NCBI GenBank assembly: GCA_977017645.1
Contig: OZ360223.1
Coordinates: forward strand, 209,374,001-209,438,000
From: Torpedo marmorata
Lineage: Eukaryota
Direction of reading: 5' to 3'
DNA: 64,000 nt
The notes beneath the pieces were generated by a model. The model did no database searches and was not told the DNA's origin. It saw only the letters and a program-made list of their open reading frames with translations. Position numbers and translations under genes: made by a program. This document shows, one piece after another, positions 50,513-64,000 of this stretch (position 1 is its first letter; every line of letters begins with the position of its first letter).

Positions 50513-53205
50513 CTAGATGGTAGAGGAAAAGCAAGAAAACAAATGTGGTTACATTTTTATCTTAAACAAGACTATAAAGAAGAAAATTGGCAACAAATGA
50601 CTTGCAAATTTAATTTTCTGCTGATTTTCATTAACTGGAGACTGGTCTTGAGTTAAATATTTTTAGTGATGGGAAGCGAAGATATTGCCAAGTCTATTAA
50701 CGCTGGTGCATGTGAGCATTGATACTTGGGTTTCTTGTGGCATTTTCACTTCATTGACCAATTAATTGCAAAGTCGCATGATACAGTACCGTGGTGCTGA
50801 AGCAAATCTCAATAGATTAAGAATGAGATTTATGGGAAGGTTTACCATGACAGGGCCAAATTAGCACAGGGTGATTCAGATGAAGGGGCAATGATAATCC
50901 TTCTGTCTCTCATCCCAAGTACTCATTGTCCATGTGCAATCCTGTCACAGGCAATTCAGTCATAATGTACTTCAAGGCTGAATCTGATTGAGTCCTCAGC
51001 CAAGGTCGATGAGAAGGTGCCAAACATCAAGGGAGCATCGAGATCCTAACAACCCACACCTTAGACCAAACATGTTAAAGTCAATTGCAACATTGGCAGC
51101 AACACTCTGGTTGAGATCAGCTAATTCAATAATAGCCAGCGACAGACTGAGTGATTCTCTTGATTAGAGTGGTATGATAATGCAACCCATTTGGGGAGTT
51201 GCCTTTTTGACAGAAAACCTGGTCTTACTCTCACCCACAAGTCTGCTCAAACCCGCAAGACCCACTCACGACTTGCTTGAATACAACGATCATCTGTTGG
51301 CAACCACACAGATGCCTCCTTACACTAATGCAGATCAGATAGTTAACCAGAAAAATGTAAATAGGGTCATTACATTTCTATATCACAGCTGGGTTATGAC
51401 TAAATGCCTTTAAGTCAGAATTCTGCAAAAGAAAAGTACAACTGCAATGGGATGATATCACTGATGGAAAATGTCTTTCCTTTAGTAATCAATGCGTTGT
51501 TCTTTTGTAACAGTGGTCTGTTACTCTTAAATGAGGAGTTACCATACTGCAGTCTCTACAATACAAAAACCTAAGTGGTAAAATAAATGGTAACCATTTG
51601 ACCTCATTAAACATTAAATTTTGTACATGCAAAATGTCACTTCAAGTTTTAAATGCAAATCAGAAAGGTAAAGCAAACAGGGAACAAGCAAGTCATGATG
51701 CTTCAGTGAAACAAATAAGATATCTCTATGAGTTCAGAGTTCCATCAGAGACTGTTTGACTGAATGGGAAACCTGGATGTGACAGGCCACAATAACCTCT
51801 CATTCTTCTTCTAAGATAATCATCTAACTTGCAGAATACTGTTTTGGATCAGCATTTACCATTGTGGTCAGTACAAGATTCATTAGTAATTTGCACTTGT
51901 GTGTGTGTGTCGGATTGGGGGTGGGGGGAGGGGGTTGGTTAGGAAGAACAGAAAACTGAGGAAATAATTAACAACTGTTTGTGCAAAACATCCTCCTCTG
52001 CCAGAGTATATTGAGGCTAAGTTGGCAGAAACCACATTGAACTCCAAAACCATTAGCCAGCCATAAATCAGGACAGCCTGTCATCAGCCTTCTGCCTCTG
52101 CATCTTGATCATACTAGCTAGCTTTGAAACCCTGACAGCAACATGCAAGTTCCATTGTGCACAATACCATTGTGTCATATCATGCCAGGATCTCCACATG
52201 GGAGCACTATTTAAAAAAAAAGTCTGCATTGCTCCCTTCACCAGATTAAATTGAGTTTTCTTGCTATGATATGAACAAGAAGGATGAGTTGGTTAACAAG
52301 GTACTTTGATTAAAGTATAGAGATTTATTTGCATTGATAATGTTGGTAAGACAGTAAATGTCTTCCCCAATGGTTTAAAGAACGGATCTAGTAAGCAGCT
52401 GAAGGGAGGTCCGAACTTGCCTAAATGTGTTGATCTCAGCACCTTCAGTTTAGAATAGTGATAGTGAGCCATTACATTTAGTCCTGACCCATTACCCAGT
52501 GACCTCAGCTGGAAGCACAGTTATGTGAGGATATCTAGAAGATGGAAGGATTGAATTCCTCTGTAATTCCTCCTATGATCATGCCTCCTTTTTAAAAAAT
52601 GTCAAAGCCGATGTACAAATTTAGGCCTTTTGGATAAAGTGCTCAAGGATGTCCAGAAGGTAAACAAAATTATGAACTGGAGGGGAATAATCAGAACATA
52701 GGAAAGGTAGTTCCAAATCAATAATTATCAATGTTAGGATAATAATAATCGTAGGGGACTAGTCTTTTATCTTTGGCCCATATTTGTAAATCCAACCTTT
52801 AACTATAATTGAGAATTCATTCTAATTTAATAACCACACCACTCTAAATACTGCTCCATCAGATTAGATGCTGGAATACTTGTTGCTTTATTTTAGATGG
52901 GCCTACTGCTCCATTGCTTTAAAATAACATTGATGAACTAAATCAGTGAAGGGATTTTTATTCCAGCTTTAATCCATTCAGAGATTTAGCATACAATAAA
53001 AGTTCTGAGCATATTTTTGGAGTGAAGCTGAGAAACATAAAACTGAAATTCAATGTATTAGAAATGGTTCACTGTATTATTGGGTGTCACTTACTTCAAC
53101 AACTGCAACAAAAAAAATCAGATTTATGAATAGAAAGAAAGAGGAAGCTCTTGAGCATAAAGAATTGCTGCTGAGATAGCAAAGTATAATTTTTCCTTTA
53201 CTCAC

Positions 53206-53275
53206 TCGGTCAATCATTGCATTCTCAATGATAGGCACTCCAGATTTGTAACAGATTTTGTTTAAATCCCAGGAC
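53206..53275 (-). CDS. PTCH2: Patched 2 coding exon (exon 4 homolog, 70 bp)
   Basis: SWDLNKICYKSGVPIIENAMIDR; tttag acceptor, gtgag donor; phase fits neighbours. Confidence 0.95.
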
Positions 53276-54130
53276 CTAAAAGAAAGGTTAAAGGCCAATG
53301 ACCTGGTTAAACAGTACACTGACGGAGCCAGCAATGCTAATTACTGAGTGCATACACATACACATTTATTTACCACTCTACATGCCTGACCATGAAGAAT
53401 TTGAATTAAATATTTTGTAGTTAATACTCCTCCACTACCTTACCTGAAAAAAAAAATCTAGGAAGCAGGAGATAATGATGTGAAGCAAAAACAGAAAGCC
53501 TGGGAGGGAGGAATATCACTTTATGCTCTGCAATCAGTCAGATGAAGCAAACATGACTCAGAGCAGGACACTTCTGATCTGCTAATCTCAAAATGGTTAT
53601 AGGTACCTTCATTATCAGTGGGAGCATAACACAGGCGATATCAGATTAGCTGTCCCATAAACCAAAGCTGGGAGAAGTGGATTTTAAATCTCCTCTCTAG
53701 GTGGGCTGGAATAGATGGTGAGCAGTTAAAACTCAGCTGTAATACATGGTGAGCAGTTAAAATTCAGCTTTGTTTTCAATAGTAACTCTGTTGGCCTTGA
53801 TGGCAGGTCATTTGGATTCAGGTTGGAGTCAACCAACAAGATGAAGCAGAACAGAGGCTGGCAGTAAAGATAAAGATACCTTCTAATTGGTACAGCCTAG
53901 GAGGGTCCCAAAACTCACCACCATATACCTGAAAACCTCAGGGGCTGTGGGGTCTCTGTTACTCGGTTCTTGTCCTATCCAGATGTGTAGGAGAATGCTC
54001 CAGCCATGTTTAAAATGAACTCCTGCAAATAAACTACCCTGGATCTAAAGTTTGGCTTAGAGACTATGTTTCCCATGTTTGCCTGAAACCTAACTCTTAA
54101 ATCAATACATTATGGCTACGGCTTTCTTAC

Positions 54131-54320
54131 TTTCCATATAGCAAGACTTGTACTTTGCTGGCTGCTAGGGCAGCATCCAGGTGCTGGAGCAATGCTTCCT
54201 GAGTAAGGATATTCTCCCCTTCTTTTTTTGAGGTTTGAATTAGCATCTGCGTGGTGAAGATCGTCTCCTCGCCCAGTTTCTCCCGTGTGTACATTAACTC
54301 TCGACTCACTCGGCTTCCCA
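54131..54320 (-). CDS. PTCH2: Patched 2 coding exon (exon 3 homolog, 190 bp)
   Basis: Encodes [63 protein letters not shown], closer to PTCH2 (GSRVS..KLGEE..GENILT..SKVQV.LYGK) than to PTCH1 as recalled. Acceptor tctag, donor gtaag. Confidence 0.93.
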
Positions 54321-54714
54321 CTAGAGAAACACAAGGGAAAGGACAATTAAATCATGTTATTAAAAGGATATCCAACATGTAATTACTGTGACAATAAACC
54401 ATGGAAACTTGTTCAACAAGATATCCAATCACACCAGTATCAATTGTGTGAACTCAATTTTAAAAATCCTCTTTGATTTTCGTAAATTTCGATGGAATGG
54501 AAGTCTCCTCTGTAAGAGTCTTAAATCAAATGATTTTAAGGCAATTTTGAATTAATTCCTAAGAGTCACAGGAAGAAATTGGTACTGAAGGGACAATCCT
54601 TCTTGGAATTAAGGTATATGTTGTGAAAAAAATGTTTTAAAGAATTTAATCCTGTGTTTATTTCAAAATCTGGGAAGTTAGGGTTTGATGCTCAAAGAAA
54701 CAAATATCTGCTCT

Positions 54715-55708
54715 ATCATAGAACATAGAACAATACAGCACAGTACAGGCCCTTCGGCCCTCGATGTTTTTCCGACCCATATATCCTTCCTTTAAAAAAG
54801 TACTAAACCCTCCCTACCCCGTAACCCTCTATTTTTCTTTCATCCATGTGTCTGTCTAAGAGTCTCTTAAATGCCCCCAATGTTTCAGCCTCCACCACCA
54901 TCACCGGCAAGGCATTCCAGGCACCCACAACTCTCTGTGTAAAAAGCTTACCCCTGATGTCTCCCCTAAACTTCCCTCCCTTAACTTTGTACATATGTCC
55001 TCTGGTGTTTGCTGATCCTGCCCTGGGAAACAGGCGCTGGATGTCCACCCTATCTATGCCTCTCATAATCTTGTAGACCTTTATCAAGTCTCCTCTCATC
55101 CTTCTAAGCTCCAAAGAGAAAAGTCCCAGCTCTGCTAACCTTGACTCATAAGACTGGTTTTCCAGTCCAGGCAACATCCTGGTAAATCTCCTCTGCACCC
55201 TCTCCAGAGCTTCCACATCCTTCCTGTGATGAGGTGACCAGAACTGAACACAATACTCTAAGTGTGGTCTTACCAGAGATTTGTAGAGTTGTAACATTAC
55301 CTCTCTACCCCTGAACTCAATCCCCCTATTAATGAAGCCCAGCATCCCATAGGCCTTCTTAACTATCCTATCAACCTGTGCGGCGACTTTGAAGGATGTA
55401 TGGATTTGAACCCCAAGGTCCCTCTGTTCATCCACACTCTTAAGTAACTGACCATTAACCCTGTACTCAGCCTTCTGGTTTGTCCTTCCAAAATGCATCA
55501 CCTCACAATTATCCGGATTGAAATCCATCTGCCACTTTTCTGCCCAACTCTGCATCCTGTCTATATCCTCTTGTAACCTTCGACAACCTTCAGCTCTATC
55601 CACAACTCCTCCAACCTTCGTGTCGTCCGCAAACTTACTGACCCATCCTTCCGCCTCTTCATCCAGGACATTTACAAATATCACAAAGAGCAGGGGTCCC
55701 AGAACAGA
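54715..55708 (-). mobile_element. CR1-clade LINE (HER1-like), 5'-truncated
   Basis: Open 293-aa RT C-terminus (SKFADDTK, WAEKWQM, LVRPHLEYCVQFWSP, RGDLI); 3' tail of ttctatg repeats. Confidence 0.92.
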
Positions 55709-55715
55709 TCATGTT

Positions 55716-55860
55716 AGAAATCAGAATCAGAATTTATTGTCATGAACAAGTCACAAAATTCGTTGTTTTGCAAACATTCATATAAACCACCTTACAACAA
55801 TAAATAAAAATTGTGCACGAAAAGTCAAAGTAAGGCAGTGTTTTTGGTTCATTGTTCATT
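55716..55860 (-). mobile_element. Rex1-like LINE 3' UTR fragment abutting the CR1
   Basis: tcagaatcagaatttattgtcatgaacaagtca matches 56670-56810. Confidence 0.7.
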
Positions 55861-56669
55861 CAGTTGATCAATCCCTCCACTTTAAATCATGCATGTCTTA
55901 AACGATACCACTGCCACTCAAAGTTTCCAGAAGTCATTCTTACAGAATGCCTGATTGTGCTCACTTGCCGACAGCCTAACCCAAAGCCAGCTGTAGCACC
56001 TGTAAGGGGTCCCATCTGGATTGGCCTCAAATATCTGCGGCTGACTCAAGGTGGAGGAGGTACATTCTTTTGACCAACTAGATCATTACTTAAATCATTC
56101 ACAAAAAGCATTTCATTTTTCTTTTTTATATACTTTACCCTCAGAGGTAAAACATTTCTTTAAAAAAAACAGTAAATTCACCATATTTGGTTTGCCACAT
56201 TGTTCACAAAATAACTGTAAAATTGTGTTTGAGTCAATGATAAATTATACCAGAGATTTTTCTTAAAATATGCATAATAATAATAATTTCAACAATGACA
56301 GCAATAATAATCATCATCAGAATTATTTATGCTGAGGTGCAATCCCTCTGGATCAATTGGCGAAAGTCAAATGAAATGGAAATATGATAGGAAAAGAGGA
56401 TAGGATATTCAAAGTAAATAGTATCCACAAAAAGGAAAGACACATGGTTCTTGTTCTGCACTTATAAACCTGGAGCACTAACTTCCCACAGTGTTTGATC
56501 TTTGCCAGGAACTGCAAATTGTATTTATCTTTGTATTTATTGTCTCTTTTTAATTCAATAAAGTATACCTTGTGGTTGTTTTTGTAGTTGATGTTTTTTT
56601 TCCCCCAAAGTACCTGTTCAGCTGCTGCAAGCAAGAATTTCAGTGCATATGTTCATTGCACAATGTATT

Positions 56670-57236
56670 TCAGAATCAGAATTAGAATTTATTGTCATGA
56701 ACAAGTCATGAAATTTGGTGTTTTGCAGCAGCATCATAGTGCAAACATTCATATTATAACCATCTTACATTAAAAAATAAAAATAATAGTGCACGAAAAG
56801 TTTGGTTCATTGATTATTCAGGAATCTGATGGCAGCGGGGAAGAAGCTGTCCCTGTGCCGTTTAGTGCTCGTCTTTAGGCTCCTGTACCTTTTTTCCGAT
56901 GGTAGCAGAGTGAAGAGGGCATGGCCTGGGTGGTGGGGGTCTTTGAGGATAGAGGCTGCTTTTTTAAGACACCGCCTCATGTAAATGACCTCGATGGAGT
57001 GAAGTCTGGTGCCTGTGATGTCGCAGGCCGAGTTAACAACCCTCTGGAGTTTATTCTTGTCCTGAGAGTTGGCGCCTCCATACCAGGCAGTGATGTAACC
57101 AGCCAGAATGCTCTCCACGGTACACCTGTAGATGTTCATGAGAGTCTTCGGTGACATATCGAATCTCTTCAGACACCTCACAAAGTGTAGCCGCTGGCGA
57201 GCCTTCTTTGTGATTGCATCAACATGGATGCTCCAG
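56670..57236 (-). mobile_element. Rex1/Babar-like LINE 3' part, interrupted by the L1
   Basis: ORF 56807-57181 (YRCTVESIL..AWYG..LQRVV..KDPHHPGHALFTLLPS..DSFFPAAIR) is the typical Rex1-type RT C-terminus; tail tgacaataaa with ttctga-type repeats. Confidence 0.82.
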
Positions 57237-60200
57237 AGTTGAATGTGGATATAGCTTTTTTACAGGAGACACATTTAATAGATTCTGAACATCAAAAGTT
57301 AAAAAGAGAATGGGTTGGTCAAGTGGTGGCTTCTTCATTTAATTCTAAAGCAAGAGGAGTAGCTATATTAATTAATAAAAAGTTACCTTTTAAGATACAA
57401 TCAGTAGTTATAGATGTGGTAGGTAGATATGTCTTGATTCATTGCCAGATTTATTCAGAATTTTGGACACTTATGAATTTGTATGTGTCAAATCCAGATG
57501 ATGAACAATTTATTCAAGATTCTTTTTTACACTTGTCAGAAGCTAATGAGAATATTTTAATTGGGGGAGACTTTAATTGTTGTCTAGATCCAATAATGGA
57601 TAAAACTTCAAGATCACTTGCTAAAACTAAAATTGCTAAAAGAGTTCTTTCTTTGATGAAAGATTTAAATTTGGTAGATATTTGGAGGAAATTGAACCCT
57701 AGAGAAAAAGATTATTCTTTTTATTCTTTTAGGCATGATTCATATTCAAGGATAGATTTATTTTTATTGTCTTCACAGGTTCAAGATAGAATAACGCAAG
57801 CATCGTATAAAGCGAGAATTATTTCTGATCATTCACCTTTATTAATATCTTGTATAATTCCGGAAAAAGAAAATACTGTATATAGCTGGAGATTTAACTC
57901 TTCTTTATTAAAAAGAAAAGATTTCTGTGACTATATGAGAAGGGAAATTCAGGAATTTTTACAAATAAATTCTAATTCCACTGATAATAAATTTATTATT
58001 TGGGAAGCGTTAAAAGCTTATTTAAGAGGTCAAATAATAAGCTATTCAGCAAAAATTAAGAAAGATTATCTTAGGGAAGTAGAAAAATTAGAGAAGGAGA
58101 TTGAATGTTTGGAAAAAGATTTACAAAAAAATAGATCAATTCAAAAAGGAATCGTTTAATTGGGAAGAAATTACATTATAATTTATTACAAACATATAGA
58201 ATGGAAAAACTAATTGAAAGAACTAAACAAAGATATTATGAATTAGGGGAAAGAGCTCATAAAGTTTTGGCATGGCAATTAAAAAAAGAACAAACTTCTA
58301 GAACTATAAATGCTATAAGGAAAAAGAATTCTAGAGAAATAACCTATAAACCTCGAGAAATAAATGATTCTTTTAAAGATTATTATTTGAATCTATATAA
58401 ATCTCAGTTTTATCAAGATGATTTTAAAATTACTACATTCTTATCTAAAATTACACTACCTAAATTGAATACTCAAAGTAGAGAATCTTTAGATTTACCT
58501 TTTTCAATGAGGGAAGTTAATGAAGTTCTTACTTCGCTTAAAAGTGGTAAATCTCCCGGTGATGATGGATTTCCATCAGAATTTTATAAAGAATTTAAAG
58601 ACTTGTTAATACCTCCATATATGGACATATTGAATCAAATTACGGAAACTCATTCTTTACCAGATACTTTTTAAAATGCAATAATTACAGTTATACCAAA
58701 GAAAGATAGAGATGTATTGAAAACTGAATCTTACAGACCTATTTCATTATTAAATGTAGATTATAAGATAATGGCAAAGATTTTAGCAAATAGAATGGCT
58801 AATTATTTACCAGACTCAATTCATGTAGATCAAGCTGGTTTTATTAAAAATAGATATTCAAAAGATAATATAGCCAGATTGATTAGTTTAATTAATTTAC
58901 ATAAAAAGAAGGAAGACTTACCATTAGTTTTAACTTTAGATGCTGAAAAGGCTTTTGATAGATTAGAGTGGAACTTTTTATTTAAGGTATTGGAGAAATT
59001 TGGTTTTGGAAATACATTTATTAATTGGATTAAAACTATATATAAAGAACCATCAGCTAAAGTAGTTACAAATGGACAAACTTCTTCAAAATTTCCTTTG
59101 ACTCGATCTACTAGACAAGGATGTCCTTTGTCACCAGCATTATTTATTTTGGCGATAGAACCCTTGGCAGAATTAGTTAGAAAAGATCCTAAAATAGTTG
59201 GTATTAAGGTTGGAATGGAAGAACATAAAATTAGCTTGTTTGCAGATGATGTATTGATATATATGACAAAATCTACTACATCCTTAGTACAATTGTCTGT
59301 GTTATTGAGAGAATATGGATAAATATCTGGATATAAGATTAATTCTGATAAAAGTGAAATTATGGCATTATCACAAGGGGATTATAGTAGATGTAAGGAA
59401 ATTACACAATTTAAATGGGCTAAGGAAGGAATTAAATATTTGGGAGTAAAGGTCGATACAAAATTGACTAATTTATATAAATTAAATTATTTACCATTAT
59501 TTGTGAAAATAAAGAAAGATTTAGAAAATTGTAAAGATTTACCTATAACTTTAATGGGAAGAGTAAACTGTATTAAAATGAATGTTTTTCCAAGAATTCA
59601 ATATCTTTTTCAATCAATTCCTTATGGAATTCCTCAAAATTCTTTTAAAGATTTAAATTCAATTATTAGAAAATTTTTATGGAAAGGAAAGTTAGCAAGA
59701 GTAGGTATGGAAAAATTAACTTGGAATTATGAAATGGGTGGTTTACAACTTCCTAATTTCCAAAATTATTATAAAGCAGCTCAATTAAAATTTGTTAATG
59801 AATTTTTTGATTTAATAAATCTTCTGCTTGGATTAAAATAGAATTAAATAATATAGGAGAAGATTCCAAAGAAGAAATTATTTATAAATGGGATTCTAAA
59901 TTAATATCAACAAAAAAGAAAAATTCGTCTATTTTTAAACATTTGTTAGAAATATGGAATAAGACGGATAAGGAAATAGGAGCAAAAGGATTGATTTCTT
60001 CAAGGATGCCTTTATATCAAAATGGACTTATTCCATTTACTATTAATAATCAATTATTTAAAATTTGGTTTCAAAAAGGAATTAAGAAGATTAATGATTG
60101 TTTTGAAGCTGGGAAATTTATTACCTTTCAAAGAATGAAAGATAAATTTAATATATTAGATAATACACTTTTTGCTGATTATCAAATTAGAGCTTTTTTG

Positions 60201-61215
60201 ATTGAGAAATTAGGTTATGCTTTGATTTTGCCAAGACAAAATGAATTAGAATTATTAGTTACTAAAGGAGATGTTAATAAATTTATTTCTCAAATGTATA
60301 AATTGTTTCAGAGGAAAATGCCTAAAGTAGGAATGCATAAATCAAGATTAAAATGGGAATTAGATTTGAATGTAAGAATAGATGAAAATCATTGGAAAGA
60401 ATTATGTAAATTAAGTATGACGAAGATTATTAATGTTAGATATAGATTAGTTCAATACAATTTTTTTCATCAATTATATTTAACACCTAAAAAATTAAAG
60501 AAATTTAATCCGACATTATCAGGTTTATGTTTCAGATGTAATAAAGAAGAAGGATCTTTTGTACATTCTACATGGTTTTGTCCAAAAGTTTATGATTTTT
60601 GGTTGAAAGTTAAAAGTTTTTTAGATAAAGTATTTAAAATTACGTTTCCAATGGATCCTACGATATTTTTGTTTGGAGATATTAGAAAATTTAGTATTAA
60701 GATGAAATTAAATATGTATCAAATAGAATTTTTGCGAATTGCTTTAGCTGTTTCAAAGAAATGCATTGCTATTACTTGGAAATCTGATTTAGATTTAGGA
60801 TTAGAAAGATGGCATGCAGAACTTTGTTCATGTATACCACTTGAAAAAATTACTTATAATTTACGTAATAAATATAATTTTTTCTTAAAAATTTGGAGCC
60901 CATATATGAGAGCTGTTGGCTTAAGAATTTGAGGATCTCTGGGTATTGGGTCTACTGGCATACTTGACCTCCATAATAGAAGTAGTTTATAGATTGGCAT
61001 TCCCCTAACTCTATTTTTCTCTTTCTTTCTCTTTCTTCTTTTTCTATTTTTATTTTATATTTTTATTTTTATTAGATTAGTGGGGTTGGGAGGGTTTGGG
61101 AGGTGAGGGAGGGAGGGGGGGTGAAAATGTATCACAAATAATTTCATAACTGTATATTTTATGTATTTTGTGATTTAAAAATTTTAAATAAAATATTTTA
61201 AAAAAACAACAAAAA
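57237..61215 (+). mobile_element. L1-clade LINE, 5'-truncated within the endonuclease; ORF2 broken by stops/frameshifts
   Basis: APE motifs (IAFLQETH, GGDFN, SRIDLF, SDHSP), RT motifs (YRPISLLNVD, LDAEKAFD, RQGCPLSP, LFADD) and C-terminal CFRC..H..WFC. G-rich 3' UTR, AATAAA and A-tail; 16-bp TSD AACATGGATGCTCCAG (57221-57236, 61216-61231). Confidence 0.93.
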
Positions 61216-61365
61216 AACATGGATGCTCCAGGACAGATCCTCGGAGATGTTGACGCCCAGGAATTTGAAGTTCTTGACCCTCTCCACTACTGAGCCCTCG
61301 ATGAGAAATGGGTCGTGTTCCCCTGACTTCCTCCAAAAGTCCACAATCATCTCCTTGGTTTTGCT
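61216..61365 (-). mobile_element. Upstream continuation of the Rex1-like LINE beyond the L1
   Basis: Minus strand encodes KTKEMIVDF-like and VERVKNFKFLGVNISEDLSWS, contiguous with 57236 across the TSD. Confidence 0.8.
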
Positions 61366-64000
61366 GACCAAGCAGATGATTATGACAATATGACAATAAA
61401 CTCATTATCATTGTTTTTGAAACTTGAAGTAATTGCCCTGACTGGTTTCAATGTGCACCAGGTCCTCAAACACAAGATATTAAATGGAGTATCAGAGAAA
61501 CAAAGTACAGTGTGCCTTTAAAATAGGAAGAGTCCAAGCCTTGATAACAGTAATGGGCTGTCATCTCACTCGTAAAAATCTACACTGAGACAGTGCAGCC
61601 TCTCTTGGCCGAGAGTGCACAAGACATTTCCTGGCTTGTATGGTGCATGCCACTCACTTTCCTTCCCTGATAACTAACCCAGCTCCCACTTCCCCACAGT
61701 ACAGCTCCGTTTCCTAAATGCTTTTAGTCTACAACACGTTCCAAATTGAAAGGCTGGCAGACGTCCAATGTGAGGTATACCAGCATCATAGAGCAAGACT
61801 ACAAACAGCGAGCATTTTAAAGCATTATTTTTAATATCCTGACAGATGTTGTGTTCCCTCCCCTTGCTGTGGATAGCCAAACACCTCTGCTTGGTTCTTT
61901 TGATTGGAAGTTTAATATTTCTGCTACTCGGGGGTGGCACGGCCTACTCAAAGAACATCAAAGCCTAAACAAAACCTTCCATTTATACGGCAACATTATG
62001 TTATTCTAGAAAAAAAGTTATTTTAGTTTCATAATCTACTTCAAAAATTAAATAGTAGAGATATATTTCTACCGAGGGCTCACCAATCCAGCTCTCCCAG
62101 TGGTGTGTTGTATTTGAAGGAAGAACAGGACAGAGAGTTAATGTCGCCTTATCTCAACTGTTGACTCCCTTTGAGTATGTCTTCCCACACATATTGCAGA
62201 ATCAGTGGATCTACATTTCTTTCCATTAATAGTGAATATGAAGAGACAACCTCCTTTATTATCAGATTTTAACTCAATCACTCAATAAGTCAGGAACTAA
62301 TACCTCATCTCATTTTTGGTATTTGTGATACTGCCCAGGAGAGAATAAAACTATTATTTTATCATCTTTCCCTGTGCCTCACGGTGAAATGCTATGGCAG
62401 CACCTCAATTTCAGGAGAATATTAATGAAATGAATGGGTGTATTTTACACTCATATCTTTTGCATACTCGCTGATGCTCTGTATTCTGCATTGGTCTGTC
62501 AAAGCAACTCAAATGCTTATAACTTATGCATGGTAATTATACATTGTGATCTAAATTGATCCAATATTCTGTCACTGAACTAAAGACAGGGAAAAATAGC
62601 TTTAAAACTTGGACAAGTAATGTCACATTGAGTGTTATTTTGAAAAGACCAGCTTGGTTCTGAAGCTGTGGCAAGAATCCAAGTGCTCCTTTGTAATTTC
62701 CTCACAGGGGAGCCATTTGACTTCAGCCATTGATTTGTCTCCACCAAAGAGTCGGAGGGGGGGGTGGTGGGTGGTGGGAGGTGGGGGGGGGATTGGATGG
62801 AGAGTCAGTCTCAAAGGTGAAAGTTGTGCAACTTTTAGTAGCCAGTTATACATCAACACTGGTCTGGGAGCAAGTCCACTTCGCCTTAAAGCTGAGTGGC
62901 ACTGGAGGTAATGAAAAAATGTAGAATAAAATATCATTAAAATACTTGCTAAATATAACTTCAATTTTTTAGTTGAGACAGGAGTAAATGTCAGCCATAC
63001 CAAGCAGTCAGAACCCCAATGAAACTCATACTGTTTTACTGAAGCCTCTAGTGTGCCATTTTAAATGATCTGCATGTAAATAAAAGCCCAACTTAATTTT
63101 ATTTGAAGTGCCAAAAACAATTTATACACCGCGTTCATTGTTCTGACCAAAAATAGCAAACAACTGGAAATAGAAAAAGAGAGAAATCCTTCCAATTTAA
63201 AGTCAGCGATGCGATTTCAAGTGAAGCGCCTTTAAGCTTGTAAAAAAGTGTCTTCAAATTCCAAAATGTGATTAACCAGGCCAAACACAACAACGCTAGA
63301 TAAAAAAAAACATTTACATGAAAAGCTACATGTTAAAGGAGACAAAGTCTCGTTTGATGAGGCCCCATGGTAATTTCAAACTGTTGATCCCCTTTTAACA
63401 TGATGAAGCACAAAGTTTGTACTGCGTCATTTTTAAGTTAATATAAGCATCAACTGGCCATTGCGCTCTTGAAGAGGGACTGTTACTCTCTGACTCTTTA
63501 AAGATCCTTTCATCAGGGCACTTAATAAGGATGTTAGTTATAATTATAACCCTGCCTGCCTGGTAGAAATAAAAGAGGCAGATACGGGGTTTAAATGGAG
63601 TTTGGAGAGGACCCACTGAGGGTTCCTGACCTGTCTGCAGTTTTCACACCTCGATTTTCATAAAAGCAAGCATCTTCTTCTGACTCAGGATACATTGTTT
63701 TGCTTTACAGGTGATTAAAGGTAAATGCAAGTTGCGACTACAGTAAACTCTTGTTTATCCAGTATCCGGAATTGTACTACAACCAGCAAACATTTGTTTT
63801 TATGAAAATAAACTCAAACAGTGAATTTAATGTCATGTTTATCTAACATAAATGTGAAAAGACATTTATCTTATTAAAAATTTTTTATACAAGGCCTGTG
63901 CAGTTGTAGATTGATTAGTAGCAACATCCTCTTTGAAGAGCAAAAGAGACAGAACAGGCCCTTCATGTGATGATGAGTAGTCATTCATTTGATTTGTTTT

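Noticed and set aside
56460-56510. KHCGKLVL resembling Patched exon 2 (HCGKVLF)
   Set aside because: Flanks show no Patched similarity and no compatible exon; exon 2 was not found in the window.
1-64000. CRISPR arrays, operons or prokaryotic defence systems
   Set aside because: The sequence is a spliceosomal vertebrate gene; no repeat-spacer arrays were seen.

Overview
Vertebrate genomic DNA, most likely from a cartilaginous fish (inferred from the repeats: HE1-type V-SINEs, CR1, Rex1 and Penelope-like elements). The window lies inside one minus-strand Hedgehog-receptor gene, best called patched 2 (PTCH2). Sixteen internal coding exons (homologous to exons 3-18; 2774 nt, about 924 codons) all have GT-AG boundaries and splice in one continuous frame. 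Exons 1-2 and 19 onward were not found and presumably lie outside the window. The introns contain a long Penelope-like element (RT + GIY-YIG) and fragments, a 4-kb AT-rich L1 with a 16-bp TSD, CR1 and Rex1-like fragments, about 10 V-SINEs, a Tigger-like MITE and a GC-rich non-autonomous retroelement family. Main observations: minimal hammerhead-ribozyme motifs in Penelope tails, two of them sense to the pre-mRNA; near-identical inverted Penelope copies bracketing exon 16; an 85-bp copy of exon 14 sequence in intron 13; a TSD-flanked polyadenylated retrocopy; fold-back Penelope-derived elements; a six-hairpin CpG-rich element; and two perfect GLI motifs. All comparisons were made by eye and repeat boundaries are approximate.
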